NCBI GenBank assembly: GCA_951406725.2
Contig: OX597814.1
Coordinates: forward strand, 49,352,001-49,416,000
Direction: 5' to 3'
DNA: 64,000 nucleotides
DNA from: Octopus vulgaris
Taxonomy: Eukaryota
Shown here: positions 51,160 to 62,351 of the stretch, in pieces
Layout: the number at the start of each line of letters is the position of its first letter
How positions within the stretch are numbered: position 1 is the stretch's first letter
Position numbers and translations under genes: made by a program
The notes under the pieces: generated by a model
Told to the model about the DNA's origin: nothing
Database searches by the model: none
What the model saw: only the letters and a program-made list of their open reading frames with translations

Positions 51160-51450
51160 AATATATACTGGTATCGGCTTTTTAGGATCAGTGTCTCTTG
51201 AGTAGTGCAGAAGCTGCATTCTTTACTATTATTTACATAAGTTTTCCATCTTTCAATGATCCTCCAGTTAATATTGTACTTTGCAGTTTTGGGGTTTTTT
51301 TTTTTTTTTTGTAAGATTTAACTCTAGAGCTTTGTTAAATTTCTTTTATATCAATGTTTCTGGTGTAATTTTAAAATTTTTTTGAGGCAGCTCTTCTGCT
51401 ATGCTAAAATAGTTCTTGAAGGTAGTGTCATGGTTTGTATATAATGGTTT
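51160..51450 (-). mobile_element. Old Penelope-like GIY-YIG C-terminal remnant
   Basis: Minus-strand KYNINWRIIERWKTYVNNSKECSFCTTQETLIL resembles the W.I......Y...SK.C.LC..EK..I tail of PLE endonucleases. Confidence 0.45.
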
Positions 51451-51812
51451 CTCTATTACAGATTCTCACCTGTTATGTATTGTTGTCTCTAACAACCAAC
51501 CTCAATTACTGGGGTAGGTTTATGTGATAACCCAAGCAACAGAATAAAGAGGGGATGAGATTGAAAGGCCTCTCAAGCTTTAATCAAGGATGTGACCATT
51601 CTAGAGCTGTTGCAATAAAATGCACCCAATTCACTGTAAGTTGATAGGAAGAGCATTCAACCATAGAAACCAAGTTAAAAAAGAAATATGCAAGTGAAAC
51701 ATGGTCTTGACCTGTCTTTGAAAGCAGTAACTCCAAATAAGAATTAACTCCAACCATGACAACTCATACCAACATGGAAAGTGAACATATAATGATTAAT
51801 ATATATAATTAT

Positions 51813-52415
51813 TATCATCATCATCATTTAACGTCTGCTTTCCATGCTAGCATGGGTTGGACGATTTAACTGAGGACTGGTGAACTTGATAGCTGCACCA
51901 GGCTCCAATCTGATCTGGCAGAGTTTCTACAGCTGGATGCCCTTCCTAACGCCAACCACTCCGAGAGTGTAGTGGATGTTTTTACGTGCCACCAACATGA
52001 GGGCCAGTCAGGCAGTACTGGCAATGGCCACGCTCAAATGGTGTTTTTTACATGCCACCTGCATAGGAGCCAGTTCTGTGGCACTGGCAACGACCTTGCT
52101 CAAATGTTTTTTCAAGTGCCAGTAAGGCAACACTGGTAATGATCATGCTTGAATGGTGCATTTTACGTGCCACTGGCACAGAAGCCAGTTAGCTGCTCTG
52201 GCAACAATCACGCTCGGATGGTGCTCTTAATGCTCCACTAGCACGGATGCTAGTCATAGAATTTGATTTCTCTTGCCTCAACAGGTTTTCGCAAGTAGAG
52301 TTTAGTGTCCAATGAAGGAAAGGTATGCATAAGTGGGCTGGTTACACCCCTGGCATAGGCCACAAGGTTATGATCTCACTTGGCTTGCGGGGTCTTCTCA
52401 AGCACAGCATATTTC
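51813..52415 (-). mobile_element. RTE-related non-autonomous element with subrepeats
   Basis: (cat)n tail, family core, about five ttttacgtgccac units and cttgcctcaacagg. Confidence 0.85.
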
Positions 52416-52427
52416 CAGTCATAGTTT

Positions 52428-53585
52428 TATAAAAGGCAAAATTCTGGGTGAATGCAGGTTGATCATCTGCGATGAGGCGACAATGAGCACTGTTTCCTTT
52501 GAAGCTCTTGATATGGCCCTTCAGGATCTGAGACACATCACCAGGTTCATGGGAGGTGCCACAGTCTTGCTTGCAGGAGACTTTAGACAAACCCTTCCCG
52601 TTGTTCCAAAGAGGACAAGAGCTGATGAGGTAAATGCCAGCACAAAGTCATCCTACCTATGGAGCAGTGTGCAAAAGCTGAGATTCACAATCAATATGAG
52701 ACTGCAGCTCAGTGGCAATGATGCAGACAGAAACATTTCAAAGCAACTGTTGGATGTCGGTAATGGCACTTGGGCAAGAATGATGGCCAAGTAAGCTTGC
52801 CTTTTGGACATATGGTATCTGATTTAACCCTTGAGTGTTCACATTATTCTACCATAATTAATGCTTTTTTATCCGCATTGTTTTGACCTAATCACGCATT
52901 ATCTTGTAGGTATGAGATTTTGATGAGGTAGCTGTTAATTTTTAAAACGATATTGTAGGGTTGGTGTGAGAGGCCAGATCTGGCCAGTTTGAGTATAAAA
53001 CAGACAGAATACTTTTGGCTGGATATGGCCGGTTTAAATGCTAAAGGGTTAAAGGAACTAATGAATAAGGTGCTTCCTACCCTGAGGAATCAGTCTACAG
53101 ACCACAACTGGTGGAAAACCTGTACCATTTTAGCTTCAATGAATGTGGCAGTCGATGATTTAAACATCAAACTTCTTGGCAATTGCCAGATGAGCATCAC
53201 ATCTACAATTCCATTTACACTGTATTCAACATCGATGAAGCTGTGAATTATCCAGATGAATTCTTGAATAGTCTAACACCACCCGGCCTCCCACCTCATG
53301 ACTGGGGCACCAGTTATGCTGCTTTGAAAGCCCAATCCACCAAAGCTTTGCAATAGTACATGACTTATAAATAAAGATGATGCTAATAGTCTTGGAGACA
53401 ACAATTTTGACTGGTAAAGCAAGTGGTGAGCCTGTATTCATTCCTAGAATTCCACTTGTTCCCTCAAATATGCCTTTCCTGTACAAGCACCTGCAATTCC
53501 TGTTGAAACTGAGCCTTGGGACAGTCTTTGGATGTGGTAGGTCTGAACTTTGCAGAAACATTTTCTCCTATGGCTAACTTCATCT
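52428..53585 (+). mobile_element. Helitron-type PIF1 helicase remnant (frameshifted, interrupted by a MITE)
   Basis: LIICDEATM...ALDMALQDLR...GGATVLLAGDFRQTLPVVP...KSSYLW...LRFTINMR, then [30 protein letters not shown] and GEPVFIPRIPLVP, all classic PIF1/Helitron motifs. Confidence 0.9.
52824..53052. mobile_element. piggyBac-type MITE family 2 inserted in the PIF1 remnant
   Basis: ttaa|cccttgag...ctaaaggg|ttaa, with helicase homology resuming immediately after it. Confidence 0.85.
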
Positions 53586-54779
53586 ATCAGCTGTGATTAT
53601 AGATTTGGACTAAGATTTTCAGGAGGTGTGACCTCACATCATAAGGTAAAAATAATGATTTCTAATTTAGATACAAGACTAACAGTTTTGGGAGAAGGGA
53701 ATTAGCTGACTACATCTGCTCCAGTATTTGACTGCTACTTTACTGACCCTGAAAGGATGAAGGGCAAAGCTGACTTCGGCATGATTTGAACTTAGTGCAT
53801 AAAGAGCTGGAACAAATATCACAAGGCATTTTTCCTATGCTCTAATGATTCTACCAGCTCATTGCCTAATTAACATTTTTCTATAAATTCAAATACAAGA
53901 ATAATTCATTGATTTGTTTTGTTTTTTGTATTTTTCAATAACACACCAGCAACGATAATTTTAAACAAATGAAGGAAATTTTTGGCCAGTGTTTAACGAC
54001 CATAATTTACAGTAATCTTATATTATGGAACAGCAAATTCATGAAATAAACTATTACACAACATATTATTTACAAAAAGTCATTACAATCTAACCAAATG
54101 TTCCACTTCCACAATGCTCATGTGCCATTGTACCAGCCATTGTACTCAGATGCTTTTAAGTGCAGTTACTACATACACAGATAGTACCAATTAGTTGCAT
54201 GGCCCTTCTCTGGATTGCATCCAAAGTGGGGCCACTGACTAATTGATATCAATCACTTATGAACATACTCCAGCCTTTGGTCTCGTCTGTCTTTTCTATC
54301 ACTGCTATAATGGCCTCTGTTCTTCAGAGACGACTGGTCATTCTCCCACCATTCAGATCCCTTCCCCAACTCATCTTTCCACCTCTCATCATTCTTGGTG
54401 TGTCCAATCCCTTGATTCCTCAGCACTAACCATTATGCCAGTCCTGTCTTCCTAGAACATCAGCTTTCTGGAATGTTTTCGCAGTTCATGTCATTCTTGC
54501 AAAAGTAAAGTTCTATGGAGACAATATTAAATGCTATTGTAAAGAAGGAACTGGGTAGAAACAGACATTTTTTCACAGCTAAAAGGATTTGTCAAAGAAG
54601 ACTGACCGAGCAAGTGAAAAGGTAAAAGTAAAAAAAAAAAAAATTCTTCTGCAATCGCAAGACGGACTATAGCAGAGGGGAGAGAGCATAGCCGGAGGAA
54701 AATAATGAGGAATGGAAGAAAGTGAAACATGCACGCTATATTCTCAAAATTCAGCTGGTCATAGACATACGTTTGAAAG

Positions 54780-55017
54780 TAAGACGGATTGGACATGGTT
54801 AGGAATGTCTTTAAATAGGTTACTTCTGACGTAGGGCTAAAAACAAATAGTAATTATATAGCACTCTCTATTGATTGAGGATGAGTACTCTGACGATCAA
54901 TGTCACTTCCGTCAGGTCTTCACACGTTTTCTAATTTTAAAAACATTGTTGATATAATATTCCTGTACCTTTAATTACATTCTCCCAGTAATAGCTAATT
55001 AATTGACTTCGGTAAGT
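54780..55017 (+). promoter_or_regulatory. Putative promoter and non-coding first exon of the ZNF gene
   Basis: Locally CpG-containing, with an ETS-like cacttccg at 54904 and a strong donor cg|gtaagt at 55012. Candidate acceptors are ttacag| (56766) and cttcag| (57091), upstream of the ATG. Confidence 0.45.
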
Positions 55018-57159
55018 CCAAAGACTGTTCATTTACTAGAATATAATTTAGACAGTCTATAGGATGTAGTTTAAAGATTTGGTGAATGTATCAACATCCA
55101 CAACTGCAAGTCTGACTACATTATTTCATCTATGTGCATTGTTAAATATTCTTTGATCGAACGTCTCATATTTACCCTTCTACTTCACGCTACACTTACT
55201 GCTTGCCAGAACCTATTCTGCGTAGAAAAGGTTAACAGACAAAATAGTTTATAAAATACAAATTAAGTTAAATAAATATTTATTCAATTCGAAAGATAAA
55301 GTAATGTGTTTATTCATTCATTTCAAAAGGTGCCAGTTAGAAATACGCCTAAATAAATTGGTATAAAATATAGTTCAATAAATGCCCATTCAGTTTTAAG
55401 TATAAATGTTATTTATTCAGTGTAAAATATGCTAATTAGAAATATGGATTTGAACATCCAAATATCATTTTCATATAATTGATATCTCATAAATTTATCT
55501 AAGTGACTTGGGTCTTAACAGAATTTTGAGGTTACAAGTAAACGAATCACTAAAATCCCGAGCGTGACGGAATGTCAAATAAAAATTAAAGTAATGGTAG
55601 ATTACTACCAAAGAAAGTTATATAAAATGCTGGATTAGAAAGAAAGATAGTGCTAGTTACTTAATTTATTAAGGTAGTTATAAATGAAAACTTGTTAGTA
55701 TACAATATCCAACAAATCTAAATCGTTGAACGTTTCAATAATTCGTTTTTGGATTTGGTTTGCAAGATTATGAGTTCGTGTGTTGAAGCATATTCTGTTG
55801 TCTGGGGAGAGTAATTTTCTTTTAAACATAAGGCTGCTACCTTGTGCCTAAGTTAGATAACGCATTTATATTGCGAATTTTATTTTACGCTTTTCCAGAT
55901 GATTATCTATGTAGCTTTTATCATGTTATTTCAGGCTATATATTTTTACTGCTCCAAAACATGAAAAAAGGTGCATTTCAATTTTGTTTTGATAACATTC
56001 AGCATGAATGAAAATCAGAATTTGGAAGTGAAAGTAACTCGGCAAGAACCATTAGTTAACGATTGTCAATGAAAAGAAAGTGATTATTACTTGATTTATG
56101 TGTATGAAGATAAAGACTGAATTATTTATTATGAAATGAAAATAATTAGGATCCGTGACAATATGTAAATTTATCTCAGTGTGATTTATTACGAATACTA
56201 AAATATGAAGACAAAAATTATCATAATCGAAAATTAATTTGTAGAAGGTTAACGTCTCAATATAAATAAATAAAAATTGCATAAATGTTAAGGGTACAAC
56301 TTCAGAACAGTCATATTGAGTTTTCTTATACTTGTTTTATAATTCTATTACTGAATAAGATGCATTACTGAGATATGTTATTATAATGTAGTCGACCGAA
56401 GCTTTGTGATTGAATTCGGTAGGTGGAAGTTACTGCCGTGTGTGTATGTGTGCGTATAGCTGCTCAGTGCCTCTCCGAAAGAGAGAGAGAGAGAGGGAAT
56501 GTAAATGTGTAACTTTGTGTTGCTTAGATCAGGTTTAAGATATAATTTTAGGGTCTTCTAGTAACGTCCTGTAGAGCTTGATATAGTGACTTGCTGCTTC
56601 CTCTGAAGTACATCTTGTCCCTATCATTCAATTCTGTCACACCTCTTGTATCAGAGTGTCTTTGCAAATGTGTTCTGACTCTTTTTGGCTATTCTGTCTT
56701 CAATAATCTTCATGCTAATGCTTAATTGTTCCTTATGCTGTATGTTATTGTTTTTTTTTATTACAGATTATTAAATGGCTGAGGCAATTCACAGAACATT
56801 ATCAACATATCAACTTTGGAAAACTAAAAATACCTTCATTGAGCATTAGTCTGCTTGTGTATACAACTTTTGGCTGATGAATGGGAAATATTTCCATGGA
56901 ATTGAGAATATTTCCTAGAATTTCTACAAATGATTACTGAAAGATTTTCTTTCTGTATATATTAAACTCAGAACATTTAAAATAAAGTTTCCATTGTCTT
57001 ATGTGCGGGGACTTTAATATCTAAATGTATCTTGTTAACAGCTGCTAGCTTAATGGTCCTTTAGTTGCATAATTTGATGCTCTTTCTTCAGAGCCAAAAC
57101 ATTGTCAGGCTTTAACAAAAGCCAAATTACACTTAAAGTGTAGATTAAAAGAGAAAAAT

Positions 57160-58071
57160 ATGAATGCAAAAGCAGAGCCTGAAAATATTGATTCATCTAA
57201 TCAGACACAGGAAAATACAGAAGAGAAGTCACACCTTTGTGATATGTGTGGAAAATTATTCACTACAAGCAAATTATTATCTTCCCATAAATGTATTCAC
57301 ACACGCAGAAAACGGCACCACAGCGGTATTTCTGATAAAACATTTTCAGATAATAGCACATTAATTTCCAATAAGCATTGTCACACACAAGAAACATACC
57401 ACTGTGATATTTGTAGTAAAAATTTCACTCAGAAAGGTAGTTTCTCTCGACACAAGCGTATTCACACGGGCGAAAGACCATACCACTGTGATAAGTGTGA
57501 TAAATCATTTTCCAGAAATGGTCATTTGTCTTCCCACAAACACATTCACACAGGAGAAAAACCATACCACTGTGATATCTGTGATAAAGCATTCTCTAGA
57601 AGCGATAATTTAACTCAACACAAACGTGTTCACACAGGAGAGAAAGCATATTGCTGTGATATCTGTGGTAAAGCATTTGCTGGGAGTGCTGATTTGTCTG
57701 TCCACAAACGTATTCACACAGGAGAAAGACCTTACCACTGTGATATATGTGGTGAAACTTTTATTAGAAATCGTAATTTAACTTACCACAAACATAGCCA
57801 CACAGGAAAGAAACCTTACAAATGTGATACCTGTGAAGAATCATTTTCTACAAGGGGTCAATTATCTGTCCACAAACGTATTCACACAGGTGAAAGACCA
57901 TACAAGTGTGATATTTGTGGTAAAGCATTCTCTCAAATTGGTCATTCTGTTCGACACAAACGTATCCACACAGGTGAGAAACCATACCAATGCGATATAT
58001 GTAGTGAAACATTTTCTAGAAGTGATAATTTAACTAAACACAAAGAAATTCACACAGAGGAGAAACCATAA
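57160..58071 (+). CDS. C2H2 zinc finger protein (9 intact fingers plus 1 degenerate), no recognisable KRAB/BTB domain
   Basis: Repeated C-x2-C-x12-H-x3-H with TGE(K/R)PY linkers in a 303-aa ORF with ATG in aaaaatATG context. Confidence 0.93.
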   Translation: MNAKAEPENIDSSNQTQENTEEKSHLCDMCGKLFTTSKLLSSHKCIHTRRKRHHSGISDKTFSDNSTLISNKHCHTQETYHCDICSKNFTQKGSFSRHKRIHTGERPYHCDKCDKSFSRNGHLSSHKHIHTGEKPYHCDICDKAFSRSDNLTQHKRVHTGEKAYCCDICGKAFAGSADLSVHKRIHTGERPYHCDICGETFIRNRNLTYHKHSHTGKKPYKCDTCEESFSTRGQLSVHKRIHTGERPYKCDICGKAFSQIGHSVRHKRIHTGEKPYQCDICSETFSRSDNLTKHKEIHTEEKP

Positions 58072-58479
58072 CTATGTGATATCTGCAGTAAAATATTTTC
58101 TACAAATAGCAGAATATTTTATAATAAATGAATTTCTCTATTTGTTATAATCAGTGTTTTAATTTTCTTTATTCTATACTGACTGTCTGTCTCTAATCCC
58201 ATTGCATATTTTAAACAAACCAGATGCTCATAAAATGAGCATCTCTTTTTGTTTTTATATTTTGTGTATCACTTATGTAATTTTGGTAACCTCCATCATT
58301 TTGACATCCATCTAGCCATGTCTTCCTTTCCATTTGTACTTTTTCATCTAACACTATCCTATACTGACTTAGTTATAGATTATGTTAGCTATTTTCTAGC
58401 CTTCTTCTTCATGTGTAACATGGCCTTTCTTTTGACAGTGTCTTGTAGAAATCCACAAATACAATCAATTCTTTTTGCT

Positions 58480-59170
58480 TGGAGATTCTGGGCTCCCCTA
58501 TGATTCTTCTAAGGGCAAGAATCTACTAGTATTGATCTGCCTTTGCAGTAGCTGTTTTGGTTCTGTTAAAGGATGAGATCAATGAGGGGAAATTCTATGA
58601 AGGAGCATGGAGTTTTAGATCTTTGAGGTTAGAGGTGAGAGTGTAATTCCTTTGTAGTTCTTAGGCAAGTAAGAATTACCTTTTCCAAAGTTGATTAACA
58701 GAAAACGTCAAAAAGACTTTGTTTCCTTTATAAGTCTCCTCACAGATGTTTGTAGAAGAATAGCCTATTCCAGATGATAACAGGGATTCTCTCTGGATTT
58801 AGTGTCTTCATTTTTCTTAACCCTTTTCGTAATTTTTTTTTCAAAGCCTCTTCTATGGTAAATGGGCCAGTCTAGATTTTTAGGTTATCTTTGTGGTTGA
58901 AGACAGGAATGTCATTAAGTTTGGTGTTGTATGAATCTGTTTTACCAAGAAGCAATCTGAAATGCTGAAACCAGGTGTTGAGATATTGGTATGAATCATT
59001 AAGGAAGTCTTGTTAAATGTCCTCAGAACTATCCAAATTTTAGCATGCTTATTTTCATTGTGGAGGTTGTTGAGTTCTTTAGTTTTGGACTTGACGCATG
59101 CTTCTACTGCCTCATGGTACATCTCATCAAGTACAATGTTAGCTGAATTGAAATTTCTTTAATTGTTCCT
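58480..59170 (-). mobile_element. Degenerate LINE (RTE-like) fragment
   Basis: Minus-strand remnants resembling IPVI.NRL and TAKADQY...IL, plus ORF 58880-59122. Heavily eroded. Confidence 0.35.
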
Positions 59171-60121
59171 TGTAGAATTAGAACAATAGCTATGTGATAT
59201 CTGCAGTAAAATATTTTCTACAAATAACCAAATATTTTATAATAATCTGCTTTCTTCAGATCCATTTTGGTCCTTGTTACTATCTTATTGGAAGCAAAAG
59301 TTAGTCTCTTTTTCTCCTTTGGGATAAATTCCAGTGCTATATTTCTGTTATCAGTGATGATATATTTCTGTTATCACATACAGCACTACCATTCAATCCT
59401 GTTACAAAAACAATGACGAACTTGTCAAGTACTCCAACGGTAATCTCTTTAAATTTATTATCATCACCTACTACTTTTCCCTTATTGATTTGCTTCATGT
59501 GATCTGTGGCTGATATTTTGTTTTTGCATAAACCTATTTTGTTTAACTCTGTAGATTTGCTCATGCAGGGTTAAACTAGACAAGCTTCTTTGTAATCTTT
59601 CCCCATATCTCTCTTCATTACCATCATTGTGTTTCAAGCCCAGATCTTGTACTCTTATCAGACCTTCCTTCTCAAAACTACAACCTCTTGAATTTTCTCC
59701 ATACCCAGTTTACCTACAAACATTGACTTAAATATTCCAGCTATAACATCAAGCCCACATCAAGCCCACATCAATCTTACAAGTGAAAGTGGAATGTGTA
59801 ACTGGCTCTCAAAGATTTGACTGACTATAAATAATAATTTTAGTCCCTAATATGTGATTTAGTTATATAAATAAGATTGCTGAATGCAAGCTTTCGTAAC
59901 TTTTTGTAGCTTTGAATATATTAGTTGTATGTATTCATAATTAGAAAGAATAAGATACAAGACTCTTTAGCATGTTTAGTGGTAGTCTTTGTTGTTGAAT
60001 GATAGTAAGTTATTGTCCCCATGTATGAAAATCTGCTCAAAGTCATTGTTCATGACAGCAGTGTATTTCTGGTATGAGGTATCTAGGTTGTTCCTCAGAA
60101 ATTCATAACATAGTTCTCTTC

Positions 60122-60400
60122 TTATTCCTCTCCATTTAAATAGACATCATATTTTACTAACTGGGAGTAATACCTAACAGAATTATCTTTTACCTTCCAT
60201 ACCTTCCTTCTGATTGTCATTTCCTCCCAGGTCTTCTTTGACTTCCACTTCAAACTGTTAAACACTAACATATATTCTCTTTCTCTGGTTAGGGCAAAAG
60301 TAATCTCCGCTTCATAACTATCCACATGACATGCAGATGAATTAATGGTTGACTAACTTCTTTAAGTTTGTAGTGTGAGTGCTAAGATAATTTGCATTAG
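60122..60400 (-). mobile_element. RTE LINE remnant (EN-RT linker)
   Basis: ...LVFNSLKWKSKKTWEEMTIRRKVWKVKD parallels LVVSDFRISDKWMPRKWPAWRRRVWNLKD of the 31304 ORF. Confidence 0.55.
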
Positions 60401-61119
60401 AAAATGCAAGAATTATTTGTGCCATATTTCAAGGAATTATTTGTGCCATATTTATCAGTGTACCATACTTGTCTTTCCTGACACGACTGTTATAATTAAC
60501 CATCATGAAGAGGATATTAATGACATCACTTCTTGTAATAAATTAAGCAGAGATTATAGATACTTTAGTGTTGTAAAACATTTACTTGAAATTTTTTATT
60601 ATGTGTATAAAGAGATACAGGACAATTAACTGGCAGAATTGTGAGAGTATCAGATAAAATTCTTGTGGTGTTTCTTTCATTCTGAGTTCAAATCCTGCCA
60701 ATTTTGCCATTTGTCCTCCAGAATCAACAGATGAAGTACCTGTCAAGCATTGGGGTTGATATAATCAACTAAACCCATCTCAAATGTAAAGTGCCTATAT
60801 TAAAAAGTTAGTGATAATATTATTATGAATTCACACATCATACACCTATGATACATGTTTAGACGTGTGGTATATGTGATATTTTCTTTCAGATATTGAG
60901 CATCACAAACAAATATCTACATTAACCCACAAAATGATATCAAAATAACCATTAAAAAACTCCACTGGATGACAATACTCCAATTGTTAACCCACATTTC
61001 TGTATCTTTCACTAAGTATGAGAAAATATTTAGAACCATTACAAATGCAATCTCATTGAAATAAAACCTATAGAATTCAGAGCCAGCACTGCAAGTTACA
61101 ATATTTGGTGGTGTGGTCT

Positions 61120-61164
61120 GGTGCTGATGAAAGAGCAATAACTCTTGAAATATATATATACAAC
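61120..61164 (+). ncRNA. Minimal hammerhead ribozyme-like motif
   Basis: GGUG-CUGAUGA-AAGAG(CAAUAA)CUCUU-GAAA-UAUAUAUAUA-CAAC. Intact CUGANGA and GAAA cores, 5-bp stem II, palindromic (AU)n in place of helix III, imperfect stem I. Confidence 0.55.
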
Positions 61165-61452
61165 TACAGCCTATGTTTTTCTATATTCGATTACATTGTT
61201 TTCATAAATGTATTCGTTTATGAAATGTAACTTGAAGTGCTGGCTCAGAAACCTATAGAGATAAACATAAAAGTAAATACACTGCACTGTTAACATAAGG
61301 TAAGTCACATATTGACTCGTAAACCTTTAATATACTTGGTAGTACATTATGGTAGCAAAACGAAATTCTGTGTCCTTGGCAGCAATTTATTGTTTATTAA
61401 AAATTAAAATCACAGGCTTAACTGTGCTATTATTTTATCTAACTATCTGCTT

Positions 61453-61915
61453 TCATCATCATCGTTTAACATCCGCTTTCCATGCTAGCATGGAATGGAT
61501 GATTTGACTGAGGTCTGGCAAACCAGATGGCTGTGCCAGGCTCCAATCTGATCTGACAGAGTTTCTACAGCTTGATGCCCTTCCTAACGCCAACCACTCT
61601 GAGAGTGTAGTGGGTGCTTTTACGTGCCACTGGCACGAGGGCCGGTCTGGCAACGGCCACGCTCGAAATGGGGTTTTTTACGTGCCACCTGCACAGAAGT
61701 CAGTCTAACGGACTTGGCAACGACCTCGCTTTAATGTTTTTTCATGTGCCACCAGCACAAATGCCAGTAAGGTGACATTGGTAACTATCACACTCAAATG
61801 GTGCTTTTTATGTGCCACCGACACAGAAGCCATACAGCCACTCTGGCAGTGATCCTGCTCAGATGGAGCTGTTAGCACTCCACTGGCATGGGTGCCAGTC
61901 ATTGAATTTGGTTCA
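61453..61915 (-). mobile_element. RTE-related non-autonomous element with subrepeats
   Basis: catcatcatcgtttaacatccgctttccatgctagcatgg..., family core and gtgccac units. Confidence 0.85.
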
Positions 61916-62026
61916 GTTTCAATTACATATGTAACATATAAACTGTTTAATGTACCAAAAGTATGGAAACTTAATGTGTAGTTATTCTCATCTACTAACA
62001 CAACTTCTTACCTAATTTTCAAATAA

Positions 62027-62351
62027 AAGGAGCACTCCATATGTTATGACGACGAGGGTCCCAGGTGATACGATCAACGGAACAGCTTGCTCGTTAAATT
62101 AACGTGGAAGTGGCTGAGCAGTCCACAGACAGGTGTACCTTTATCGTAGTACTCAGGGAAATTCAGCATGACACAGTGTGACAAGGCCGGCCCTTTGAAA
62201 TACAGGTACAACTCATTTTTGCCAGCTGAGTGGACTGGAGTAATATGAAATAAAGTGTCTTGCTTAAGGACACAACGTGTCACCGGGAATTGAACTCACG
62301 ACCTTACGATCATGAGATGAATGTTCCTAACCACTAAGCCACGCGCCTTCA
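62027..62351 (-). mobile_element. tRNA-derived CORE-type SINE, full length
   Basis: Minus strand gaaggcgcgtggcttagtggttagg (A box), gagttcaattcccgg (B box) and ttgtgtccttaagcaagacactttatttc (CORE-like). Confidence 0.85.

Noticed and set aside
56874-56905. ctgatga-atgggaaatatttccat-ggaat, a hammerhead-like motif upstream of the ZNF ORF
   Set aside because: CUGAUGA and a stem are present, but the second core reads GGAAU rather than GAAA and no stem I or III is evident. At most a decayed relic.
57164-58033. Alternative-frame ORFs overlapping the ZNF
   Set aside because: These are periodic off-frame products of the finger repeats.
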